This document shows positions 9,389 through 17,798 of a stretch of DNA of 64,000 nt, piece by piece; within the stretch, counting starts at the first letter, position 1; every line of letters starts with the position of its first letter. The stretch comes from Spirochaetia bacterium. GTDB lineage: Bacteria > Spirochaetota > Spirochaetia > SZUA-6 > Bin103. The stretch lies in NCBI GenBank assembly GCA_965203515.1, contig OZ241907.1, positions 1,632,001 to 1,696,000 on the forward strand. Direction: 5' to 3'. The notes under the pieces are model-generated. The model did not search any database and was not told where the DNA came from. It saw only the letters and a list, made by a program, of their open reading frames with translations. Made by a program: the position numbers and the translations under genes.

Positions 9389-9822
9389 CGCCGTGAACCT
9401 CCCTCGTGTTCCTCGTGCACGTGCAGTATGACCTGATCGCCGCGCACGCTCACGCGGTAGGTCTTCGCACACAGACGCGGCTCGTGCAACGCGCACCCGG
9501 TCTTCAGGTCGAACTCCCACTGGTGCGTGGGGCAGTGCAGGATTTCGCCTTCCCGTTCGTAGCGGAACCGGCCGGGCGCCGCGGCGGTGACCAGCGGCCC
9601 GACGAAGCCGCGCGTCAGCGCGCCGCCGCGATGCGGGCAGAGGTTGCGGAGCGCGATCAGCTCGCCCGCGACGTTGAACACGCAGACCGCGTGCCGGCCG
9701 CCTGTATCGACCTCGCGCCGCTCGCCCGGCGGCAGATCGCGGAGCTTGCAGACCGCTATCTCGCCGGGCTTCGTATCTTCGGCTACGTCCTCACATGCGG
9801 AGATTGGCGCTGACGACCGCAC
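9385..9822 (-). CDS. Rieske [2Fe-2S] ferredoxin (start uncertain)
   Basis: CPHRGG...CPTHQWEFD; ATGA overlap with the amidohydrolase. Confidence 0.9.
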   Translation of the reverse strand: MRSSAPISACEDVAEDTKPGEIAVCKLRDLPPGERREVDTGGRHAVCVFNVAGELIALRNLCPHRGGALTRGFVGPLVTAAAPGRFRYEREGEILHCPTHQWEFDLKTGCALHEPRLCAKTYRVSVRGDQVILHVHEEHEGGSRR

Positions 9823-11269
9823 GATGCGTGGTCGCCGAGGCGATGTTGGCCCTTTCGTGCTGCGCCTCCAGGTTCAGGTCGAGATCGTCCGTGAGCGCCA
9901 GACGGCTGCCCCATCGGTAGCTCGATGCGCCACCGTCGCCCAGCGTAACGGCGCCGTAGGGGGTCAGCAACCCCGGAACGCCGTCGACCTGCAGGCCGCT
10001 GTAGCCCATTTCCGCGTTCAGCCGCCCACCGTCGTGCGCGACCAGCGCCGCCGCCGGCGGCGCCGACGCGATCGTCTCGTCCACCGCGCCGTAGCTTGGG
10101 GATACGTTCAGGAACGGCCCGTAACCGTCCCGATCGGAGGAGATGCGCACCAGTGCGCCGGCGCCCCATTCCTGCGAGGAGTCGTCCAGCGGCACCAACG
10201 CGCGCCCGCGCGCCTCCAGCGTCACGCCCACCGCATGATCGTCGTAGCGCAGGCTGCCGCCGATCTCCACGCCGGCGCCGCTGGCCGCCTCGCCGCCATC
10301 GTAGCGGACGCCCGTTTCCAGCGTCGGCGTTATGGAGACGCTGTCGTTGACCGGCAGCAGGTAGGTCCCCTGCAGCAGGACTCGACCGCGCCACGTATTC
10401 ATGTGCAGGTTCGGCATCGAGCCGCGCGTCCGCGTCACCTGGAACTCGTTCAGGCTCCCTTCCCCCTTGACCGCCAGGCCCAGGCGGGAGGCGGGATCGT
10501 ATCCGGGGCCGTCGACCACGGTGACGTGCCAGCCCAACGCGCCGCTCAGCAGCGTGGCGTCCCCGGCGTTCGGGGCTTCGCCGACCGACAGGCGTCCGTC
10601 GCGGATGGTCGCTTCTCCCCGCCCGTACGTGGCGGTCGCCCACCACCATATGCCGGGGGACAGCACCCAACTGAAGTACGGCGAACCGGTGACCATGAGC
10701 ACGTCGAGCAGGCCAGCCTCGCCGTCTGCCTCATAGGTGGTGTTCGTCATCGAGACCCCCGCCGATATGCCGGCCAGCATCTCCCGGATCGGCCGGATGT
10801 CGAATCCCAGATGACCGCTGATCGAATCACCTTCCCAGGCGACGCGGGCATCCGCGCCGCTGCCCAGGCGGCGGTAGTCTCCGCCCCCCGTGAAGCCGAA
10901 GCCCCAGAGCGTGCCGTGCGCGCCGTTGACCTCGATCTCGCCCTCGGCCGGCGGCGCTACGCCGTGGCTGGAGATCGGCCGACTGGTCAGCTTCGGCAGG
11001 CCGTAGCGCACCACGCCCGCCTCTTCCAGCCGCTCCATCGTCGCCTGCATGGAGCCCACGGTCTCCGCCCGTGCGGTCACCGCACCCACGATTCCCCAGG
11101 TGATCGACTGCGCAACCTTGGGTGCGATCGCCTTGCCGGCGAGCGTGTACCGGTCGTTGGGGTCGATGTTCTGGGCGCCGACCCCCGCCGCTGCCAGCAT
11201 CAGCAGCGCCGCCGAGATCGGCAGCAGCGCCCGCCGCGCGCGATGTCCTTGCGTATCGTCACGTCTCAT
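9791..11269 (-). CDS. Autotransporter-type outer-membrane beta-barrel protein with very short passenger
   Basis: Signal peptide (LLMLAAAGVGA-Q); LWG..GG.Y, SPYFSW, TPTLETGVRYDGG, LTPY; amphipathic terminal strand. Confidence 0.75.
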   Translation of the reverse strand: MRRDDTQGHRARRALLPISAALLMLAAAGVGAQNIDPNDRYTLAGKAIAPKVAQSITWGIVGAVTARAETVGSMQATMERLEEAGVVRYGLPKLTSRPISSHGVAPPAEGEIEVNGAHGTLWGFGFTGGGDYRRLGSGADARVAWEGDSISGHLGFDIRPIREMLAGISAGVSMTNTTYEADGEAGLLDVLMVTGSPYFSWVLSPGIWWWATATYGRGEATIRDGRLSVGEAPNAGDATLLSGALGWHVTVVDGPGYDPASRLGLAVKGEGSLNEFQVTRTRGSMPNLHMNTWRGRVLLQGTYLLPVNDSVSITPTLETGVRYDGGEAASGAGVEIGGSLRYDDHAVGVTLEARGRALVPLDDSSQEWGAGALVRISSDRDGYGPFLNVSPSYGAVDETIASAPPAAALVAHDGGRLNAEMGYSGLQVDGVPGLLTPYGAVTLGDGGASSYRWGSRLALTDDLDLNLEAQHERANIASATTHRAVVSANLRM

Positions 11270-11436
11270 CGATATGCCCCCTTCCGGTGCCGAAGGTCTG
11301 CTAGCCATGCCGTGATTGTCGGCAGCCGCGGTCCGGCTGTTTACCGGGCATGGCGCGGAACGGGCACTGCGCGCCGTGCCGGAGCGCGCTCCACCGGCCG
11401 CAAAACGGCGCCGCCGGCGGCGCGATCGGCGTCAGC

Positions 11437-12402
11437 TCAGGGGATCAGGAGCAGCTTGCCGCTGGTGGCGCGGGACTGGATGTCGCGGTGCGCCCGGGCG
11501 GCGTCGCGCAGCGGATACCGCTTGTGGATGCGCACGTCCAGCTCGCCCGCCGCCATCCAGCCGAACAGGTCGCCGGCGCGCGCCTGCAGCTCGCCTTCAT
11601 CCCGGATGTAGTGGGCGAGCGTGGGCCGCGTAAGGAACAGCGACCCCTCGTTCAGCAGGCGCGGGTCGAACGAAGTCACCGGGCCGCTGGAGTTGCCGTA
11701 CAGCGCCAGACAGCCGCGCGGCGCCAGGCAGGCCAGGCTCTGCCGGTAGGTGGCCGCCGCCACCGAGTCGTAGGCGACCTGCACGCCGCGGCCGCCGGTC
11801 AGCCGCATCACCTCGTCCTCGAAGTCGACCCGGTCGTAGCGGATCACCTCGTCGCAGCCGGCTTTGCGGGCCAGCTCCGCCTTGGCGTCGGTCGACACGC
11901 AGCCGATCACGCGGGCGCCGCGGCGCCGGGCGATCTGCGCCAGCAGGAGCCCCACGCCGCCGGCGGCGGCCAGCACCAGACAGGTCGACGCCGACGACAG
12001 CGGATAGGTGGAGCAGGCCAGGTAATGGGCGGTCAGCCCCTGCAGGAACGCCGCGCCGGCCAGCTCGGTGTCGATCCCGTCGGGGATCGGCGCCGCCTTG
12101 TCGGCCGGCACCAGCGCCTGCTCGGCGTAGGCGCCGGGAGTCATGGCGTAGACCACCCGATCCCCGACCGCCAACCGGTCGACCCCGTCGCCGACCGCGT
12201 CGACCACGCCGGCGCCCTCCACGCCCGGCGTGAACGGCATCTCCATCGGGTAGAGGCCGCTGCGGTGATAGGTGTCGATGTAGTTGACGCCCGCCGCCTC
12301 GATCCGCACCCGTACCTGGCCGGCGGCCGGCTCGCCCAGGTCGGCGTCCCGACAGACGAGCACCTCCGGCCCGCCGCTCTGCTCGATCACGATCGCTTTC
12401 AT
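11437..12402 (-). CDS. qor: NADPH:quinone oxidoreductase
   Basis: GVNYID, LQGLTAHYL, AAAGGVG, GSLFLTRPTL, TSGKLLL. Confidence 0.93.
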   Translation of the reverse strand: MKAIVIEQSGGPEVLVCRDADLGEPAAGQVRVRIEAAGVNYIDTYHRSGLYPMEMPFTPGVEGAGVVDAVGDGVDRLAVGDRVVYAMTPGAYAEQALVPADKAAPIPDGIDTELAGAAFLQGLTAHYLACSTYPLSSASTCLVLAAAGGVGLLLAQIARRRGARVIGCVSTDAKAELARKAGCDEVIRYDRVDFEDEVMRLTGGRGVQVAYDSVAAATYRQSLACLAPRGCLALYGNSSGPVTSFDPRLLNEGSLFLTRPTLAHYIRDEGELQARAGDLFGWMAAGELDVRIHKRYPLRDAARAHRDIQSRATSGKLLLIP

Positions 12403-12411
12403 GGCGCGATT

Positions 12412-13296
12412 CTATCGCGCGGCGCCGAACGACAGATCGATGCCGGTGTAGCCGTCCACGTAGCGCTTGTGGCGCTCGGGCAGCGCCTCCACGAACGCGC
12501 GCGCCGGCGCCGGCAGCTCCCACGGCGCGTCGATCACGTCGCTCTGCTTGCGGAAGCCGACGCCGCAGGAGAGCCGCGTGCGCTCCTCCCGATTGGGGAA
12601 CGCGCCGTGGAAGGTGCGGTCGGCGAACAGGATGCAGTCGCCCGGATCGGTGAACAGCGGCACCAGGCCGGGGATGTCGAAGCCGTCGTAGCGTTCCTCG
12701 TCGGCCGTGCCTTCCGGAACGAACGAATACCGGTCGGCGGTGAGCCGGAACCCCTCGGGGCCGGTCCAGTCGGCGCGGTTGGAGTCCTCGATCACGCACA
12801 GGCCGCCGTGCGTGGGGCGCGAACCGGTGAGGTAGAACCAGATGCCCGACGGCCAGGAGCCGCGGTTGAGGACCTCGCCCGCGTTGCGCGGCGCATCGTC
12901 GGTCTGCCCGCGCCAGTCGGTATGCCACCCCACCGGCGCCGAACCGGGGCGGCGGATGATCGCCGCCGAGCGGTTGATGCAGATCGCGCCGGTGCCGAGC
13001 AGCGCGCGCGGCAGGTCCATGAAGCGCTGATGGTCGAGCAACTGCCACGCCTCCGTCGCCTCGTCGAACCAGGCGTGACGGGTGCGGCTTTCGCCCGGTC
13101 CGAGCGCGCGGTCGGGGTCCGTCACCCGCCAGACTTCGCTGCGCAGCACCTCGACCATGGCGGGGGACAACACCTCCTTGGCGACGCAGAACCCGTGCTC
13201 GGCGGTGCAGGCGACGATGCGGTCCAGCCGCTCGGCGTCGAACTCGTAATCGTAGCCCAGCCTGGGCTTGCGGATATCGGCAGCCTCGGTCGTCAT
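12412..13296 (-). CDS. Phytanoyl-CoA dioxygenase (PhyH) family
   Basis: GWHTD, PGDCILF..RTFHGA.PN. Confidence 0.82.
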   Translation of the reverse strand: MTTEAADIRKPRLGYDYEFDAERLDRIVACTAEHGFCVAKEVLSPAMVEVLRSEVWRVTDPDRALGPGESRTRHAWFDEATEAWQLLDHQRFMDLPRALLGTGAICINRSAAIIRRPGSAPVGWHTDWRGQTDDAPRNAGEVLNRGSWPSGIWFYLTGSRPTHGGLCVIEDSNRADWTGPEGFRLTADRYSFVPEGTADEERYDGFDIPGLVPLFTDPGDCILFADRTFHGAFPNREERTRLSCGVGFRKQSDVIDAPWELPAPARAFVEALPERHKRYVDGYTGIDLSFGAAR

Positions 13297-13312
13297 CGGT
13301 CCATCATAGAGC

Positions 13313-14224
13313 TTATGCGGTCAACGCGGCGCGCGGTACGGCGGCGACCACCGAATAGTTGGGGTCGCACACGTTGCCGACCCGCAGCTCCAGGGTCTGC
13401 GTAATCCAGATCAGGGCGTCGGTGGCGTCCATGCCGTAGTCGGCGGCCACCCACTCGACCAGCTCGGTCGCGGCGATGCGGGTAGCGTCCTCCAGCGGGC
13501 GGGCGCTGCCGATCACCATCAGGTGCGTGTCGTTGGTGACGCGCGGCCAGCCGATCGCCTGCCGCTTGACGACCTCGAACCGGCAGATCAGGTTGACCGG
13601 CACCTCGCAGGCGACGCCGCCGATCTCGCCATGGCCCTGCGTGGCGTGGCCGTCGCCGCAGAAGAACAGGGCGCCGTCGTTGCGCACCGGCAGGTGCAGG
13701 GTGTTGCCCGCGCAGGTCTCCGGGCAGTCCATGTTGCCGCCGTAGCTCGACGGGGTCAGGGCGTTGATCGCCTCCAGCTTCGGGGCGGTGCCGATGGTGC
13801 CCATGAACGGCGACAGCGGCCGGCTGAGCCGGCCGAACCAGACGCGGCCGTCGCGGATCGGGACCTTGCGGACCACCTCCGGCAGGGCGTCGGTGAGCAT
13901 GGCGGTGGCGGCGGTGCCGGTGAGCAGGCCGAAGCGCGGCACCAGACCGGTCACCGCCCAGTCGCGGGTGATCTCGATGTCGTCGATGTGGACCAGCAGG
14001 GTATCGCCCTCCTCGGCGCCTTCGACGTAGACGGGGCCGGTCTGCGGATTGAGATACGGGTACTGGCAGACGTCGGCGTAGCGCTGGGACTCGTCGACCA
14101 GACGGTTCTCGAAGCAGTCGACGCAGTGGATGCGCACCTGCCGGCCCGGCGGTACGCGGGCGACGGCCGCGTGGTCGGCGGAATAGGTGTAGCGGTACGG
14201 GCCCGGCTGGCGGACTTCGATCAC
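13313..14224 (-). CDS. Acetamidase/formamidase family
   Basis: NPQTGPVYVEGA, GGNMD, GDGHATQGHGE. Confidence 0.92.
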   Translation of the reverse strand: MIEVRQPGPYRYTYSADHAAVARVPPGRQVRIHCVDCFENRLVDESQRYADVCQYPYLNPQTGPVYVEGAEEGDTLLVHIDDIEITRDWAVTGLVPRFGLLTGTAATAMLTDALPEVVRKVPIRDGRVWFGRLSRPLSPFMGTIGTAPKLEAINALTPSSYGGNMDCPETCAGNTLHLPVRNDGALFFCGDGHATQGHGEIGGVACEVPVNLICRFEVVKRQAIGWPRVTNDTHLMVIGSARPLEDATRIAATELVEWVAADYGMDATDALIWITQTLELRVGNVCDPNYSVVAAVPRAALTA

Positions 14225-14270
14225 GGCGCCACGATAGCACGCCGGCGCGTCCCCGGCGGCGGCCGATCGT

Positions 14271-15155
14271 TCAGACGCGCAGCAGCGGTTGCAGGTCGGC
14301 GAGGACCTGGTCGAGCTCGCGGCGGTCCTCGGCGTCGAGCCGGACGCCCGGAACGCGGGTCGCCGTGGAGCCGAACACGCCGCGGCGCGCCAGCACCTCC
14401 TTGCAGACGGCGAGGCCGAGCAGGCAGGCCAGGTTGATCAGCGGCAGCAGCCGGTTGAACAGCTCGCGCGCCCGCGCTTCGTCGCCGGCGCGCCACGCAT
14501 CCCAGACCTGCACGTGCACGTCGGTCATCTCCGTGGCCGGCATGAAGCCGGCCGCCCCGCGGCGCAGCTCCGACAGCATCCAGCGCCCGTGCGCGCCGCC
14601 GAACACACCGCCGCACGCGGCCCCGCACCGCGCGACCAGCGCGCCGACCCGGTGAGCGCTCGGATCGCTCTCCTCCTTGACGTACGCCACGTGCGGTATC
14701 CCCAGCAGCCGCTCCAGGAACGCGGCGTCCATGCCGCCGTCCGAGTGCTGGATGAAGACCGGCCGGCCGGCCGCCTCCGCGATCGCGCGATAGTAGCCCT
14801 CCAGCTCGTCCGCGCCGGGCCGGTCGGGATACGGCGGCAGCGCGATCACGGCGTCCGCCCCGCAACCGGCCGCGTGCCGGGCATGCTCGGCCGCCGCCCG
14901 CGGCGTCGGCGCGGCGACGCCCGCCACCACCGGCGCGCGGCCGCCGGCCTGCCGCACGACCACCTCCACCGCGGCGCGCCGCTCGGCGTCCGACAGGTAC
15001 TGGAACTCGCTGGCCAGCACCGGGAACACCAACCCATGAGCGCCGGCCGCCACGCCGAAGTCCACCTCCCGCCGCAACGCATCCGCATCGATCGAACCGT
15101 CGTCGGCGAACGGCGTCAGCACCACCGGAAAGATGCCGCGCAACGGCCCGCTCAC
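14271..15155 (-). CDS. Dihydrodipicolinate synthase family
   Basis: LRGIFPVVLTPF, ASEF, LPPY, YVKEE. Confidence 0.9.
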   Translation of the reverse strand: MSGPLRGIFPVVLTPFADDGSIDADALRREVDFGVAAGAHGLVFPVLASEFQYLSDAERRAAVEVVVRQAGGRAPVVAGVAAPTPRAAAEHARHAAGCGADAVIALPPYPDRPGADELEGYYRAIAEAAGRPVFIQHSDGGMDAAFLERLLGIPHVAYVKEESDPSAHRVGALVARCGAACGGVFGGAHGRWMLSELRRGAAGFMPATEMTDVHVQVWDAWRAGDEARARELFNRLLPLINLACLLGLAVCKEVLARRGVFGSTATRVPGVRLDAEDRRELDQVLADLQPLLRV

Positions 15156-16324
15156 GCCGATCCTCCGTCACCGCCGCGGCGGTGCTCCCGTATGTAGTCC
15201 CAGTCGATCCGGTATCCCATGCCCGGCTGCATCGGCACGCGCACGCAGCCGTCGGCGTCGAGCGGGTCGCACAGTTCCTGCAGGTACGGCTCCGGCGTCT
15301 CGTAATCGATGCCCGGCGCCAGCAGACCGCGCTCGTAGTAGCGGCAGGTATCCTCGCTGGTGGCGCCCAGCACCTGCAGGTTGCCGAAGCCGGCCATGTG
15401 GATCTCCAGGCGCACGCCGAACGCCTCGCAGACCGCGGCGGTCTTCAGGCAACCGGTCACGCCGCCGCGCAGCACGTCGATGCGGCTCATGTCGGCGGCC
15501 CCGCGCCGTATCCATTCGGCCCGCGTGTAGAGGCTGCCGGCCGCGATCTCCGGCGCCAGAATCGGGATCGCCAGCTCCGCCGACAGCTTCTCATACGCCG
15601 CCACCTGATACTCGTTCAGCGGGTGCTCGTACCAGACGAACCCCAACTCCTCCAGCCGCCGCCCGACCCAGACCGCCTCTTCGTACGTCCGGTACGTGCC
15701 CCACACGTCGAAGCTCAGTTCCATTTCCGGCCCTACCGCGTCGCGGACCGCCCGGCACGCGGCTACGTCATGCTCGACGTGCGACGGGCGGCCGGGATCG
15801 GGCCGGCCGGTCGCCGGGTCCCAGAAGTAGTAGGGGTGTATCTTGTAGTGGCGGTAGCCCTGCCGCTTGCAGGCGGCCGCGTGCTGCGCGTACACCTCCG
15901 GCGGCCCCAGGTTCGGGAAGGTGCTGGCGTAGGCGCGGACGCGGTCCCGGCAGCCGCCGGCCAGCTTGCAGACCGGGACGCCGAGCGTCCGCCCCTGCAG
16001 GTCCCAGAGCGCGTTGTCCAGCACGCTGATCAGGTGCTCGGGCAAATTGGCCACCCACAGCCAGCGCCAGAACTTCTCCCGATCGAACGGGTCGTGGCCG
16101 ACCACCAGATCGCGGATGCGACCGGTCAGCAGTTGGCGGTCGGCGGCGTTCAGGCCGATCTGGTCGCCATGGCCGCCGCCGCCGAAGTAGCAGCCTTCGG
16201 CTCCCTGGTCGGTGACCACGCGGGTCACCGTCTGCAGCGTATCGGCCGGCGGGCGCACCTCCGCGTCGTGGAACCCCCGCCGCCGAACGGTGAAGGGAAT
16301 CACCTGCACGTCGCTGATCTTCAT
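15152..16324 (-). CDS. Mandelate racemase/muconate lactonizing enzyme family
   Basis: DNALWDL, YKIHP, WYEHP and GGVTG motifs. Confidence 0.9.
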   Translation of the reverse strand: MKISDVQVIPFTVRRRGFHDAEVRPPADTLQTVTRVVTDQGAEGCYFGGGGHGDQIGLNAADRQLLTGRIRDLVVGHDPFDREKFWRWLWVANLPEHLISVLDNALWDLQGRTLGVPVCKLAGGCRDRVRAYASTFPNLGPPEVYAQHAAACKRQGYRHYKIHPYYFWDPATGRPDPGRPSHVEHDVAACRAVRDAVGPEMELSFDVWGTYRTYEEAVWVGRRLEELGFVWYEHPLNEYQVAAYEKLSAELAIPILAPEIAAGSLYTRAEWIRRGAADMSRIDVLRGGVTGCLKTAAVCEAFGVRLEIHMAGFGNLQVLGATSEDTCRYYERGLLAPGIDYETPEPYLQELCDPLDADGCVRVPMQPGMGYRIDWDYIREHRRGGDGGSA

Positions 16325-16346
16325 CCGATACGCTCGGCCCGGCGTA

Positions 16347-16420
16347 TGGGCGATACTGGACTCGAACCAGTGACCCCTAGCATGTCAAGCTAGTACTCTA
16401 GCCATCTGAGCTAATCGCCC
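16347..16420 (-). tRNA. tRNA-Val(GAC)
   Basis: Reverse complement GGGCGATTAGCTCAG...CTAGC-TTGACAT-GCTAG...GGTTCGAGTCC...ATCGCCCA folds as a cloverleaf; CCA not encoded. Confidence 0.95.
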
Positions 16421-16454
16421 CAGGATGGAACCTTCCGCGTGCGGCGCGGCGCTG

Positions 16455-16751
16455 TCAAGCGCCCCACGCGATCGCGTCGATCGCCGACGCCAAGTCCACG
16501 TCCAGCCGCGTGATGCGATCCCCGACGTCGTGCGTGCTGAGGCGGATGCGGACCGTGCCGTACACGTTCCATATCTCGGGGTGGTGGTTGGCCGCTTCGG
16601 CGGCGAAGGCGATGCGGACGATGAAGGAGACCGCCTCACGGAAGCTCCCGAACCGGAACTCCCGCTGCAGGGCGTCCCCGTCCCGGCTCCAGCCGTCCAG
16701 GCTCGCTACGGCCTCCCGGATCTGATCGTCGGAGAGGGCTGCCATCGGCAC
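16455..16751 (-). CDS. phhB: Pterin-4-alpha-carbinolamine dehydratase
   Basis: NHHPEI...LSTHD...ITRLD motifs. Confidence 0.92.
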   Translation of the reverse strand: MPMAALSDDQIREAVASLDGWSRDGDALQREFRFGSFREAVSFIVRIAFAAEAANHHPEIWNVYGTVRIRLSTHDVGDRITRLDVDLASAIDAIAWGA

Positions 16752-16806
16752 AGCCTACCCGCCGCCCGCCCCGCCCGTCCACCGGCCCTGGCCCTCCGGG
16801 ACCGAC

Positions 16807-16835
16807 TTGACCCGCGTGCCGGGATGTGGTACAAG
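16807..16835 (+). promoter_or_regulatory. Putative sigma70 promoter for tRNA-Asn
   Basis: TTGACC-N17-TACAAG with an extended -10 TG, ~40 nt upstream of the tRNA. Confidence 0.5.
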
Positions 16836-16873
16836 TGGATCGGCGTTGGGCGGCGCGCCGCCCAACGCCCCGA

Positions 16874-16946
16874 TCCCCTGTAGCTCAGTTGGTAGAGCGG
16901 ATGGCTGTTAACCATCATGTCGCATGTTCGAGTCATGCCGGGGGAG
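16874..16946 (+). tRNA. tRNA-Asn(GTT)
   Basis: TCCCCTGTAGCTCAGTTGGTAGAGC GATGG-CTGTTAA-CCATC ...GTTCGAGTC...GGGGGAG cloverleaf. Confidence 0.95.
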
Positions 16947-17081
16947 CTACCACCGGAGGCGCAACCTGACGCGCGTTACGGCAATGCACCTGCTCCCCAT
17001 CGACCGCACCGTTCGGAGGCCATGGCATGGATCGGATTCCCACGACGATCTGGGGTGCGGGCTACCCTGTGAAGATAGGGC

Positions 17082-17346
17082 ATGAGAAGAGGAGAGAATG
17101 ACCTGCTGTATGTCGACAAGGACGGACTGGTGCACTTTCCGCCGTCTTGGACCGAGCAGGCGAAAGAGAACTGGTTCGCTAACCTGCGGGACAAGAATGA
17201 AGATGAGACGCCGCCAGGTATGCCGACCGTCTACATCACCGGCATCTATGGCGCCTCGGGGAACGTCCCACGGGTCGACTCCGAATGGGATGGTTCACTT
17301 CCCGCCGGACTGGACAGAGGAAGCCAAGGCAGCATGGCTCACATAA
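17082..17346 (+). pseudogene. Small two-repeat protein with apparent +1 frameshift near 17284
   Basis: VDKDGLVHFPPSWTEQAKENW and VDS-[fs]-GMVHFPPDWTEEAKAAW are homologous repeats in different frames. Confidence 0.55.
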
Positions 17347-17798
17347 ACCGCCGTCCGGTCTGGTTCGTCGGGGCCAAGTGGCACGACCACGAGCCGCCGG
17401 ATCAGACCGAACGTTTCCTGGCGGAAGGAGTATGGGAAGGATACGCCGATCAGCACCTCGATGACGTCAAGTCGGTCCAGCGCGGCGACAGGATCGTCAT
17501 CAAATCGACGTACACCCGGAAGCACGGGTTGCCGTTCGACAATCGTGGAAAACCGGTCTCGACAATGATGATCAAGGCCGTCGGCGAAGTCACGGAGAAC
17601 CCCCGCGATGGCCGTCGATTGAAGGTGACCTGGAAGCCGGTGCTCCCCCCGCGGGAGTGGTACTTCTACACCTATCGCAGGACGGTCTGGAAAGTGCAGC
17701 GCTCGTCGGAAGCATCGTCGAAAGCAGACGCGCTGATCCGGTTCGCGCTCGACGGAGAGGAGCAGGACTTCGAGACCTTCCTGAAAGCGCCATGCTAG
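17334..17798 (+). CDS. McrB N-terminal (putative DNA-recognition) domain, separated from the GTPase part
   Basis: VWFVGA..DQTERFL..GDRIVIKSTYTRKHGLPFDNRG..REWYFYT block, which I recognise as usually fused N-terminally to McrB-like AAA proteins. Confidence 0.7.
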   Translation: MAHINRRPVWFVGAKWHDHEPPDQTERFLAEGVWEGYADQHLDDVKSVQRGDRIVIKSTYTRKHGLPFDNRGKPVSTMMIKAVGEVTENPRDGRRLKVTWKPVLPPREWYFYTYRRTVWKVQRSSEASSKADALIRFALDGEEQDFETFLKAPC

